Shown in pieces: positions 1-9,205 of a stretch of DNA of 64,000 nucleotides (its first letter is position 1; the number at the start of each line of letters is the position of its first letter). The stretch lies in the NCBI GenBank assembly GCA_964631685.1, contig CAZVZU010000005.1, forward strand, positions 77,079 to 141,078, written 5' to 3'. The DNA is from an uncultured Actinomycetes bacterium (lineage in GTDB: Bacteria > SZUA-79 > Acidulodesulfobacterales > Acidulodesulfobacteraceae). A model generated the notes under the pieces. That model saw only the letters and a list, made by a program, of their open reading frames with translations. It ran no database searches and was not told the origin of the DNA. Both the position numbers and the translations under genes were made by a program.

Positions 1-2
1 CA

Positions 3-272
3 GGAAATGATAAAACATCTATCCTTCTTTCCATTAAAAACTCGGTTGGGACATTGTATAAGATTCTTAAACCGTTTTATGAAAACGGTATCAACATAAC
101 CAAAATAGAGTCAAGGCCGTCAAAGAGGTTTAATTGGGACTATCTATTTTTTATCGATGTCAATTCTCACGAGTCTGACGAAAATCTTAAAATAGCGTTA
201 AAATGCATAGAAGAGTACACAATCTTTATAAAAATATTAGGCTCCTATGAGTCTGCATCTATTAACGTTTAA
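3..272 (+). CDS. pheA: Prephenate dehydratase (P-protein) C-terminal ACT domain; 5'-truncated by window edge
   Basis: Frame is open from nt 3: GNDKTSILLSIKNSVGTLYKILKPF...NITKIESRPS...YLFFID...KILGSY, the canonical PheA ACT motifs (DKTS, IESRP, LGSY). Confidence 0.9.
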   Translation, partial: GNDKTSILLSIKNSVGTLYKILKPFYENGINITKIESRPSKRFNWDYLFFIDVNSHESDENLKIALKCIEEYTIFIKILGSYESASINV

Positions 273-305
273 TTCTCACTAATCTTATAAAAACTGAAAT
301 TTAAT

Positions 306-1193
306 ATGAGTTTTCGAGGTAGTAATAAATTAAAAGAAAAACTAGACGATGGTGCATTTGTTTATACATCGGAAATATCCCCAGAGAGAGGGACTGATCT
401 TTTAAAAATGAAAGGTATATATAATCTTTTAAAAGATCGCGTCACAGCTTTTAATATCACGGACAATCAAGGGGCAAATATGAAAATGTCCTCGCTTGCC
501 GGGGCAATATATATAAAACAGCTGGGAGGAGAGCCTATTTTTCAGCAAACTTGCAGGGATAGAAATCGTATGGCGCTCGAATCTGATCTTTTGTCTGCCG
601 CTGCCTTTCAAATAGAGAATATTTTAACCCTCACTGGTGATTATATATCTTTTGGCGATCATAAACATGCAAAAGCTGTTTATGACATAGATTCCGTTAA
701 CCTAATAGGGATTGTAAAGGGGCTAAACGCTGGAAAGGATATGAATGGTAGTAACCTTAACGGCGCTACCGATTTTTACATCGGCGCGGCGGTAAATCCA
801 GAATCGGTTCCTTTGGAGCCGCAACTCGCAAAATTTAAAAAAAAGATTATTGCAGGTTGTAATTTTTTCCAAACTCAGGCTATATTCTCCGTTGAGAAGT
901 TTAAGAATTTTTACGATTTTTATAAAAATTATAAAGACATAAAGATTATTGCAGGGATATACATATTAAAATCAGGCAAAACAGCCAATTTTATGAATAA
1001 AAATATCCCCGGCATTTATATACCGGAATCCATTATAACAGAGCTTAATAGCGCCCTTGATCCGATAAAAAAAGGGATTGAAATTGCCGCAAGGATAGCG
1101 AGGGAGCTGAAGCCATTAGTGCATGGTATTCACATAATGGCCTACGGCATAGAAGATAAAATTCCCTATTTTTTAGATGAATTTGAGAGATAG
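306..1193 (+). CDS. metF: Methylenetetrahydrofolate reductase
   Basis: EISP, NITDN, TCRDRNR, LTGD, FFQTQ, GIHIM motifs of the MTHFR TIM barrel. Confidence 0.9.
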   Translation: MSFRGSNKLKEKLDDGAFVYTSEISPERGTDLLKMKGIYNLLKDRVTAFNITDNQGANMKMSSLAGAIYIKQLGGEPIFQQTCRDRNRMALESDLLSAAAFQIENILTLTGDYISFGDHKHAKAVYDIDSVNLIGIVKGLNAGKDMNGSNLNGATDFYIGAAVNPESVPLEPQLAKFKKKIIAGCNFFQTQAIFSVEKFKNFYDFYKNYKDIKIIAGIYILKSGKTANFMNKNIPGIYIPESIITELNSALDPIKKGIEIAARIARELKPLVHGIHIMAYGIEDKIPYFLDEFER

Positions 1194-1219
1194 AGTGCTG
1201 CTTTTCGGCAGAATGTCAG

Positions 1220-1248
1220 TTGACATTGTCTGCATAAAAAGCTATAAT
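1220..1248 (+). promoter_or_regulatory. Sigma70-type promoter for por operon, with an overlapping palindrome
   Basis: TTGACA(1220-1225)-17 bp-TATAAT(1243-1248); dyad AATGTCA-GT-TGACATT at 1212-1227 covers the -35. Confidence 0.75.
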
Positions 1249-1413
1249 AGCCACAACACCAGTATAGGATTTAGGTTCAAGTCGAGTCTTAAATTACATT
1301 ATTTTTTTTATTTCCATGTCGAAATATTAAATTTAGTCAGATATATTTATTAATTAAAATTAATAAATATATGGTGGGTTCAAACTTATAAAAGACCAAA
1401 TAGGATATTTTTT

Positions 1414-1983
1414 ATGATGAAAGAGATTAGAATACACGGACGAGGCGGACAAGGGTCGGTGACCATGGCGTCTATTCTTGCCTTAAGTTTTTTTGACGAT
1501 GGAAATTATTGCCAAGCATTTCCATCTTTCGGATCGGAACGAACAGGGGCTCCCGTTCAGGCTTTTGCACGATTTTCCGATAAACCTATTAGGACAAGGC
1601 ACCAAATATACGATCCAGACTATGTTATTGTTCAGGATACCACCCTTCTTAAGCCTGTTCCGGTTTATAAGGGGCTTAAAGATACCGGTAAGATTTTAAT
1701 TAACTCAGAAGCCGGTATCAATGAGATCATTAAGGGCCTTAACGGAGCAAAAGAAAAAAACATTGTTTTATTTCCTGCACTAAAAATTGCGCTTAAGGTT
1801 TTAAACAGACCAATTGTTAATACAACTTTGCTAGGTGCTTTTTCCGCAATAAGCGGAGATGTCAGTATAGAATCCATCAAAAAAGAAATAGAGAATAGGT
1901 TTGGCTCTAAACTAGGTAGGCTTAATGCGGAAGCTGCTCAAATTGCCTATAATTACATAAAAGGAGACAAGAGTGGATTTTAA
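1414..1983 (+). CDS. porC: Pyruvate/2-oxoacid:ferredoxin oxidoreductase gamma subunit
   Basis: EIRIHGRGGQG, FPSFGSERTGAPV, NTTLLGA. Confidence 0.9.
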   Translation: MMKEIRIHGRGGQGSVTMASILALSFFDDGNYCQAFPSFGSERTGAPVQAFARFSDKPIRTRHQIYDPDYVIVQDTTLLKPVPVYKGLKDTGKILINSEAGINEIIKGLNGAKEKNIVLFPALKIALKVLNRPIVNTTLLGAFSAISGDVSIESIKKEIENRFGSKLGRLNAEAAQIAYNYIKGDKSGF

Positions 1984-2236
1984 AACTGGAATCATTGCCC
2001 TTCCGGGAGCGGCGCTCGCAAATAAAACGGGTTCTTTTGCAAATGAAAATCCTATATTTAAACATCAAAAATGTACCGGTTGCAATCTCTGTATATATTT
2101 TTGTCCCGAGGGAATTGTATATGGAGATAAAAAAACAAAAATTTATGATTACGATATAGATTATTGCAAGGGGTGTGGCATATGCGCCGAGGAATGTCCC
2201 GTTGACGATATAGATATGATTTTAGTAGAAAAGTAG
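1973..2236 (+). CDS. porD: Pyruvate/2-oxoacid:ferredoxin oxidoreductase delta subunit (2x[4Fe-4S])
   Basis: NKTGS, CTGCNLCIYFCP and YCKGCGICAEECP motifs. Confidence 0.9.
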   Translation: MDFKTGIIALPGAALANKTGSFANENPIFKHQKCTGCNLCIYFCPEGIVYGDKKTKIYDYDIDYCKGCGICAEECPVDDIDMILVEK

Positions 2237-2273
2237 TTATTTTTAAGTAAATTTTTAATCCGGTGAATATTTT

Positions 2274-3446
2274 ATGAAAAAGGTTCTAGAAGGTTCAATG
2301 GCTATTTCGGACGGGGTAAGGATGTCGGAGCCTCAGGTTATTTCGGCTTATCCAATTACGCCTCAGACGCACATAGTGGAGCACCTTTCTCAAATGGTTG
2401 CGGACGGCGATTTAAAATCTGAGTTTGTTATGGTTGAAAGCGAACATTCCGCTGCGTCGGTAGTTTTGGGAGCTAGTGCCTGCGGCGTTAGAACGTATAC
2501 TGCAACAGCGTCTCAGGGTCTTTTATATATGGAGGAGGTAATATATAATATTGCAGGTATGCGTCTTCCTATCGTGTTGACCGTTGCTAATAGGGCTATC
2601 TCTGCCCCGATAAATATCTGGAATGATATGCAGGATGCGATGGCCATTAGGGATACGGGCGCTATTATGCTCGTTGCAGAGGATAATCAAGAGGCATATG
2701 ACATGCATATCCAGGCATTCAAGATTGCGGAAGATCCGGATGTTATGCTTCCCGTTGCGGTAAATGTAGATGGCTTTGTTCTGACCCATACATTTGAGGT
2801 TGTTGAAACAATAGATGATATCGGTAAGATAAGGGAGTTTCTGCCCCCCTTGAATATGAAATATAAACTTGATGTCAATAATCCTTATTCCTTTGGGACA
2901 CTTGCTGAACCGTCTGTCTATATGGAAACAAGATATAGTCTTTCTAATGCAATAAATTATTCAAAAAAGGTTATAACACGGGCTGCAAATGAATATAAGG
3001 ATATGTTTGGTAAATTTCACGGAGCTCTTATAGATACTTACAAAATGGATGATTCTGAAACCGTAATTGTCGCAATGGGTTCCGTTTTAGGCACAATCAA
3101 GGATACAGTTGATGAAATGAGAGAGTCCGGTAAAAAGATTGGTGTATTAAAGATTCGTTCTTTTAGGCCGTTTCCGGAGGATGAAATTATTGATGCCCTC
3201 AAAAATGTACGAAATGTTATAGTGATAGAAAAAGCGGTGTCTCTGGGAAAGGGTGGTATTCTTTCTATGGAGATCAGGGATGTGTTTTACAGGCATAAGA
3301 TTACATCTGCAAGTATCAATGGGTATACGCTTGGGCTCGGTGGTAGAGATATTACGCCCAAAAATATACATGATTTAGTTTTAAGAGCCGAAAAAGAAGA
3401 AAATGTTGATGGTGTGTTTATCGGTTTAAAACAACAGCTTCTTTAG
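2274..3446 (+). CDS. porA: Pyruvate/2-oxoacid:ferredoxin oxidoreductase alpha subunit
   Basis: AYPITPQT, VESEHSA, TATASQGL, NRAISAPINIW, GLGGRD. Confidence 0.92.
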   Translation: MKKVLEGSMAISDGVRMSEPQVISAYPITPQTHIVEHLSQMVADGDLKSEFVMVESEHSAASVVLGASACGVRTYTATASQGLLYMEEVIYNIAGMRLPIVLTVANRAISAPINIWNDMQDAMAIRDTGAIMLVAEDNQEAYDMHIQAFKIAEDPDVMLPVAVNVDGFVLTHTFEVVETIDDIGKIREFLPPLNMKYKLDVNNPYSFGTLAEPSVYMETRYSLSNAINYSKKVITRAANEYKDMFGKFHGALIDTYKMDDSETVIVAMGSVLGTIKDTVDEMRESGKKIGVLKIRSFRPFPEDEIIDALKNVRNVIVIEKAVSLGKGGILSMEIRDVFYRHKITSASINGYTLGLGGRDITPKNIHDLVLRAEKEENVDGVFIGLKQQLL

Positions 3447-3486
3447 GAAATTTAAAATAAAATAAATAAAAATAGGAAGATAAGTT

Positions 3487-4383
3487 ATGCTAACCAAAGA
3501 GGAAACACGTAATGAGCTTTTTACTATGGGGCATACCGGTTGTTCGGGTTGCGCTCAGTCCATGGCTGTCAAGCTAATACTTGAGGTTCTTGGTAAGAAT
3601 ACCATAGCGGTTTCCGCAACCGGATGTTTAGAGGTTTTTTCAACCCGTTATCCCGAGTCCTCATGGAGAATCCCGTGGATTCACTCTCTTTTTGAAAATT
3701 CTGCGGCGGTAGCATCAGGCGTAGAGGCTGCACTTAAGGTTATGGGCAAAAAGGATGATATTACCGTTATATCACAGGGCGGTGACGGCGGTACGGCTGA
3801 CATCGGGCTTCAGGCTCTTAGCGGTATGTTTGAAAGGGGGCATGATGTTCTTTATATCTGCTATGATAATGGAGCGTACATGAATACAGGCTACCAGAGA
3901 AGCGGTCTTACCCCTTTTGATGCTTATACTACTACAAGTCCTTCAGGGAAAGAATCTTTTGGTAATTCAAGACCAAAAAAATATATGCCTGAGATTGCGA
4001 TGGCGCACAGAATTCCTTATACAGCAGTTGCTTCGGCAGGTTATCCCCTTGACCTTCAAAAGAAGGTTAAAAAGACTAAATCAATTAATGGACCGAAATA
4101 TTTACAGATAGATGTCCCATGTGTTCCCGGATGGAAGTATGAGCCTAGGTATTCTATTAAGATAGCCCAACTTGCGGTTAAGACTGGCTTGTATCCATTA
4201 TTCGAAGCAGAATACGGTAAGGTGGTTTCTGTTAGAAAGATAAGTAAAAAGGTTCCCGTAGAAGAATATCTTAAACTTCAGGGGAGATTCAAACATTTGT
4301 TTAAGGATGATGCAGGCAAAGCCGAGATAGAAAAAATTCAAAAAATAGCAGACGATAATATTGCTTACTATGGTTTAATCTGA
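3487..4383 (+). CDS. porB: Pyruvate/2-oxoacid:ferredoxin oxidoreductase beta subunit (TPP-binding)
   Basis: GHTGCSGC, ATGCLEV, GGDGG...YDNGAYMNTG TPP motif, PCVPGW. Confidence 0.92.
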   Translation: MLTKEETRNELFTMGHTGCSGCAQSMAVKLILEVLGKNTIAVSATGCLEVFSTRYPESSWRIPWIHSLFENSAAVASGVEAALKVMGKKDDITVISQGGDGGTADIGLQALSGMFERGHDVLYICYDNGAYMNTGYQRSGLTPFDAYTTTSPSGKESFGNSRPKKYMPEIAMAHRIPYTAVASAGYPLDLQKKVKKTKSINGPKYLQIDVPCVPGWKYEPRYSIKIAQLAVKTGLYPLFEAEYGKVVSVRKISKKVPVEEYLKLQGRFKHLFKDDAGKAEIEKIQKIADDNIAYYGLI

Positions 4384-4396
4384 TTGAAATTTATTA

Positions 4397-5284
4397 ATGA
4401 CCCCGAATAATCCTACAAAAAATAGTCGTTATGATGAGTTTAAAGAAAAAATCATCGATGGAAGGTTGGTATCGAAAAGTATAGAACGGTCATTAACGAA
4501 GACAATAGATGCATTAAAAAAGTCCGGCATAGTGCCGCTGATAGCGGTTATTCTTGTAGGAAATAACCATGCTTCTGTTGTTTACGTCCAAAATAAAGAA
4601 CGTGCCGCCGAAAGGTGCGGTATATTATCTCAAAAGTTTATTTATTCGGAGTCTTTAACTGAAAAAGAACTTTTAAATAAGATAGAAGAATTAAACAATG
4701 ATACATTGGTGCACGGCATACTTGTGCAACTGCCACTTCCCGAGTGTATCAATGAGAAAACCGTAATGGATACCATAAGTCCTTATAAAGACGTTGATGG
4801 CTTTCATCCTTTAAACATAGGAAAGGTTTCCACAGGAAGCTCATCTTTTCATCCATGTACCCCATATGGAATTATTAAGATGCTTGATTATTACGATATT
4901 TCCATCAAAGGGAAAAATTGTGTTATAATAGGGCAGAGCAATATTGTAGGAAAACCGCTTGTTACAATGCTTATAAATAGGCTTGCCACCGTTATTTCGC
5001 TTAATATTCATACAAAAGATATTAAATTTTTTACGAAGACGGCGGATATTCTAATTTCGGCCACGGGAAGGGCTAACCTCATTGATGACAGCTATCTAAA
5101 AGAAGGATCGGTCGTGATAGATGTGGGTATTTCAAGGCTTGGCGGAAAGATTTGTGGAGATGTAAATTTTAAAAAGGTTATCAATAAGGTTTCTAAGATA
5201 ACCCCTGTTCCGGGCGGTGTTGGACCGGTGACTGTTTCTGTGTTAATGGAAAACACCGTTAATGCGGCAATGCTGTTAAAATAA
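4397..5284 (+). CDS. folD: Bifunctional methylene-THF dehydrogenase/cyclohydrolase
   Basis: YVQNK, HGILVQLPLP, KDVDGFHP, PCTPYG, TPVPGGVGP. Confidence 0.95.
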   Translation: MTPNNPTKNSRYDEFKEKIIDGRLVSKSIERSLTKTIDALKKSGIVPLIAVILVGNNHASVVYVQNKERAAERCGILSQKFIYSESLTEKELLNKIEELNNDTLVHGILVQLPLPECINEKTVMDTISPYKDVDGFHPLNIGKVSTGSSSFHPCTPYGIIKMLDYYDISIKGKNCVIIGQSNIVGKPLVTMLINRLATVISLNIHTKDIKFFTKTADILISATGRANLIDDSYLKEGSVVIDVGISRLGGKICGDVNFKKVINKVSKITPVPGGVGPVTVSVLMENTVNAAMLLK

Positions 5285-5296
5285 CATATATTCCAT

Positions 5297-5953
5297 ATGA
5301 TAGTCACAAAACAGAAAAAATTAGATGATATAGCAAGAAATATTCGTGGCTCTGTTTTTATATTCGGATGCGGGATATGTTCCGATACGTCTAGGACCGG
5401 TGGACCAAAAGAAGTCCTTGCAATGAGAGAAATTTTAGAAGATAGAGATATTCTCGTTACTGGCACTTATGTGATAGATGCAATGTGTCACATACAAAAG
5501 ACAAGAAAAGCTGTTAGAGACAATAAAGATACTGTTTTAAAGTCCGATTCCATTCTGGTTCTATCCTGCGGAAGCGGGGTTCAATCTGCCGTTATAGCGA
5601 TAGATGATTCCAAAAAAATAGTTTCAGGTGTCGATACTATGTTTATGGGAAATATTGAAAATCTATCGTCCCTTAAAGAAATGTGTTCTTTATGCGGAGA
5701 ATGCGTTTTAAACGAGACTGCTGGGATTTGTCCGGTGACATTGTGTCCGAAGGGTTTGTTAAACGGACCTTGTGGCGGAATGAAAAATTACAAATGCGAG
5801 GTTGACGGAAATATGGATTGCGCCTGGGTTAAGATTTATGAAAGAGCGATCATTCAAAATACGGTTGACGACGTTGACAATATAGCAAAACCAAAGGACT
5901 ATTCGGTAAAAAAAAGATGCGCAACGGTAAAATTTACGGGTTCGCACAGATAA
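5297..5953 (+). CDS. metV: MetV-like Cys-rich (Zn/Fe-S) partner subunit of MTHFR
   Basis: MIVTKQK N-terminus; CGIC..TGG, SCGSGVQ, CSLCGECVL..TAGICPVTLCPKGLLNGPCGG..CEV..CAW. Confidence 0.8.
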   Translation: MIVTKQKKLDDIARNIRGSVFIFGCGICSDTSRTGGPKEVLAMREILEDRDILVTGTYVIDAMCHIQKTRKAVRDNKDTVLKSDSILVLSCGSGVQSAVIAIDDSKKIVSGVDTMFMGNIENLSSLKEMCSLCGECVLNETAGICPVTLCPKGLLNGPCGGMKNYKCEVDGNMDCAWVKIYERAIIQNTVDDVDNIAKPKDYSVKKRCATVKFTGSHR

Positions 5954-5996
5954 ATTGTTTGTTAATCTTCAACTTAATAGTGCCTATTAATTTTAT

Positions 5997-7112
5997 ATGA
6001 AACCTTTTAGCGTAAAAGCCCCAGATTACATTTATAAAATACAACCTTATATTCCGGGAAAACCGTTGGAAGAGGTGGAAAGAGAAAGAGGAATCAAGAA
6101 CATAGTGAAGTTGGCATCCAATGAAAATCCGTCAAGGCCTCCACTGAAAGCGCTCAAATTTATCAGATCCCACCTAAAAAATATAAATAGATATCCTGAT
6201 GGTTCGGGTTTTTATTTAAAACAAGAATTAATCCGTTTTTTTAAAATCAGTAATAAAAAACAAAACACGCTAAACTCTACTAATTTGATCCTTGGAAATG
6301 GTTCAAATGAGTTAATAGACATAGCTGTAAGGACATTTTGCTGTAAAGATGAAAATTTAGTCGTACCCTTTCCTTCATTTGTAGCATATTACCTTGCGGG
6401 AGAGCAGTTAGGTTTAAAACTGAAGATGAGCAAATTGAAGGATTATTTTTTAGATTTAGACGATATGCTTAGATTAATAGATGATAAGACCAAGGTTATT
6501 TTTATTTCTAATCCGAATAATCCGACGGGAACATTTTTTTCCAGAGGCAAGATAAGAAATTTTATAGAAAATGTTAAGGATAATATTTTAATCATAGTAG
6601 ATGAGGCATATGCTGAATATTCAGGAGAATCTCTTGTAGATGAAATAGATATAGCAGATTTTCCTAATGTGCTTGTTTTAAGGACTTTTTCAAAGGTTTA
6701 TGGTTTAGCAGGGCTTAGAGTTGGATATGGAATAGGGCATAACGAATTGATTGGGCTAATGGATAGAGTTAGAGAGCCGTTTAATGTAAATTCGTTGTCG
6801 TTGGTCGGTGCGCTGGCCGCATTAAGGGATCAAAAGTATGTTAAAAGGGTGATTAAAACTAATGTCACCGAAAAAAATTATTTGTATTCAGCCTTTAGAG
6901 GTTTAAACATAGAGTTTATTCAAACTGGTGCAAATTTTATATTAACAAGACTAAAGGGGCAAAAAGCCGTTTGTGTATATGAAAAGCTTTTGAACATGGG
7001 CATTATTATAAGACCTATGGATAGATTCGGTTACGACGATATGGTCAGGATTACTATAGGCAGTCATGCTGAAAATGTTAAATTAATCAGAGCATTGGGC
7101 AAGGTTGTGTAG
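5997..7112 (+). CDS. hisC: Histidinol-phosphate/aromatic aminotransferase
   Basis: YIPGKP, KLASNEN, RYPD, NPNNPTG, DEAY, RTFSKVYGLAGLRVGY. Confidence 0.93.
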   Translation: MKPFSVKAPDYIYKIQPYIPGKPLEEVERERGIKNIVKLASNENPSRPPLKALKFIRSHLKNINRYPDGSGFYLKQELIRFFKISNKKQNTLNSTNLILGNGSNELIDIAVRTFCCKDENLVVPFPSFVAYYLAGEQLGLKLKMSKLKDYFLDLDDMLRLIDDKTKVIFISNPNNPTGTFFSRGKIRNFIENVKDNILIIVDEAYAEYSGESLVDEIDIADFPNVLVLRTFSKVYGLAGLRVGYGIGHNELIGLMDRVREPFNVNSLSLVGALAALRDQKYVKRVIKTNVTEKNYLYSAFRGLNIEFIQTGANFILTRLKGQKAVCVYEKLLNMGIIIRPMDRFGYDDMVRITIGSHAENVKLIRALGKVV

Positions 7113-7140
7113 CTGTTACCCAATAAACGTTAAAAAGGTT

Positions 7141-7169
7141 TTGCTTAATTTAATGCGTTGGAGTAAAAT
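7141..7169 (+). promoter_or_regulatory. Putative sigma70 promoter of aroF
   Basis: TTGCTT(7141-7146)-17 bp-TAAAAT(7164-7169); AAGGAG RBS before ATG 7251. Confidence 0.5.
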
Positions 7170-7250
7170 GAATCCTATGAAATTCAACTAGAATCGGAGG
7201 TTTAGAAAAATTATTTTAAAATTTTTAAATCTGATAAAAGGAGATAACAT

Positions 7251-8270
7251 ATGATTATGGTATTAAAAAAGGGTGTAGCTGCAGATCAGGTTAATTATAT
7301 ATTGGGTAAAATAGAGAAGGTGGGTCTTAAGCCTCATATATCCGAGGGGACGGATGTTACTATTATCGGATGCATTGGGCATGAGGATGCCGTTAAAGCC
7401 TTTTTCGAAGAAGCAGAAGCGCTTCCAGGCGTTGACAAGGCTATAAGAATTTCAAAGCCGTTTAAATTGGCATCAAAAGAGATTGGTAAAGAAAAGTCTA
7501 TTGTTAAGATTGGAGATGTGGAGTTCGGAGGGGACGCGATTGTTCTAATTGCAGGGCCTTGTGCTGTAGAAACGCTTGATAATGTTACGGACATTGCGGA
7601 AAATATAAAAAAGTCCGGTGCAAAGATACTAAGGGGTGGAGCGTTTAAACCGAGAACAAGTCCTTATACATTTCAAGGTCTCGGCGAAGAAGGATTGAAA
7701 TATTTAAGCGAAGCGAGGAAAAAGACAGGACTATTGCTAGTGACGGAGGTAATGGATCCCAGAGATTTGGATATAATATGCTCTTATGTGGATATCATAC
7801 AAATTGGAGCAAGGAATATGCAAAATTTCAGACTTCTCCAGGAGGTCGGAAAGGTTAGAAAACCTGTCATTTTAAAAAGAGGGCTTTGTTCGACCATACA
7901 AGAGTTTTTGATGTCTGCAGAATATATTATGTCAAATGGTAACCAGGATGTCATACTTTGTGAAAGAGGAATAAGGACATATGAAACATCGACAAGAAAT
8001 ACATTAGATTTAAGTGCCGTTCCTGTTATAAAGCGTCTTTCCCATTTGCCAGTTATCGTTGATCCTTCTCACGCGGCAGGCATTTGGCATTATGTGGAGT
8101 CTCTTTCTCTTGCGGCTATTGCGGTCGGTGCGGACGGGCTAATGATAGAGGTTCACCCTACGCCGGAAAAGGCATATTCAGATGGCGCTCAGTCTTTGAA
8201 ATATGATACATTTGACGAATTGACAAAAAAGGCAAGGTTAGTCGCTCGTGCTGTTGGAAGAACTATTTAA
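7251..8270 (+). CDS. aroF: DAHP synthase (type I-beta, N-terminal ACT-like regulatory domain)
   Basis: IAGPCAVE, RGGAFKPRTSPY, QIGARNMQN, CERGIRT, DPSH, SDGAQSL. Confidence 0.93.
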   Translation: MIMVLKKGVAADQVNYILGKIEKVGLKPHISEGTDVTIIGCIGHEDAVKAFFEEAEALPGVDKAIRISKPFKLASKEIGKEKSIVKIGDVEFGGDAIVLIAGPCAVETLDNVTDIAENIKKSGAKILRGGAFKPRTSPYTFQGLGEEGLKYLSEARKKTGLLLVTEVMDPRDLDIICSYVDIIQIGARNMQNFRLLQEVGKVRKPVILKRGLCSTIQEFLMSAEYIMSNGNQDVILCERGIRTYETSTRNTLDLSAVPVIKRLSHLPVIVDPSHAAGIWHYVESLSLAAIAVGADGLMIEVHPTPEKAYSDGAQSLKYDTFDELTKKARLVARAVGRTI

Positions 8271-8317
8271 GTATTTTTGATTAAAATTTTTAATATAGGT
8301 TTTGTATAGTTACGTAA

Positions 8318-9196
8318 ATGTTTAGAGAGATATCCATTATAGGACTCGGCTTTATGGGCGCATCCATTGCAGGTGCATTAAAGGATTTAAGCCGAGAAAC
8401 AAAGATACGGGGCTATGATATAAATAGAAAACATTTAACATACTGTATTTCTAAAGGAATCGTAGATTCCGAGATAGATTTCAGTGATAGTTGGGGCAGT
8501 AGACATAGACCCCCTGCTATAGTGTTGCTTTGTACACCCGCCAATACCATCCTTTCAATAGTAGATAAATATGAAAGTTATCTCAAAAATGCTTCTTTAG
8601 TAACAGATATAGGAGGCGTGAAAGGCTCTATAGTCCTTGATGTAAAAAGTAATAAATTAAATTTAAGCGGGTTTGTGGCATCGCATCCAATGTGCGGTTC
8701 AGAACAATATGGACCTAAGTATGCCGATTTTAATTTATTCAAAGGCAAGAACTGTATCGTTATAAAGGATGAGGAAGATGCGAGTAAAGACCGGCTTGCA
8801 AAGATTCAGAAGGTGGCCTTATTTTGGGATGTTCTCGGGATGATTGTTATTTATTCTACATCAAAGTTTCATGATAGCATGGCCGCATATGCGAGCCATT
8901 TGCCCCATTTAATAGCCTTTTCTTTAAGCAAAACGGTTTTGAGCATGGCGCAAAAAGAAGGAGAAAAAAGCGCCTTTAATTTTATTTCAAGCGGCTTCAA
9001 AGATTCGACAAGAATCGCCTTGTCGTCCCCTGATATTTGGACGGATATATTTTTAATGAATAGCGAAAATATAATTAATTCATTGGATAATTTTATTTCA
9101 ATTACGGATATATTTAAAGATTTATTAAAAAAGGGCGATCGAAAAGGGCTGAAGAATTTGATTTCATCTATATCTAATGAAAGAAAAATCCTATAG
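8318..9196 (+). CDS. tyrA: Prephenate/arogenate dehydrogenase
   Basis: IIGLGFMGAS Rossmann motif, TDIGGVK, SHPMCGSE, HD..SHLPH, GFKDSTRIA. Confidence 0.9.
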   Translation: MFREISIIGLGFMGASIAGALKDLSRETKIRGYDINRKHLTYCISKGIVDSEIDFSDSWGSRHRPPAIVLLCTPANTILSIVDKYESYLKNASLVTDIGGVKGSIVLDVKSNKLNLSGFVASHPMCGSEQYGPKYADFNLFKGKNCIVIKDEEDASKDRLAKIQKVALFWDVLGMIVIYSTSKFHDSMAAYASHLPHLIAFSLSKTVLSMAQKEGEKSAFNFISSGFKDSTRIALSSPDIWTDIFLMNSENIINSLDNFISITDIFKDLLKKGDRKGLKNLISSISNERKIL

Positions 9197-9205
9197 ACTG
9201 AATTT

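Noticed and set aside
1274..1283. GGTTCAAGTC resembling a tRNA T-loop
   Set aside because: No acceptor stem, D-arm or anticodon arm can be built around it.
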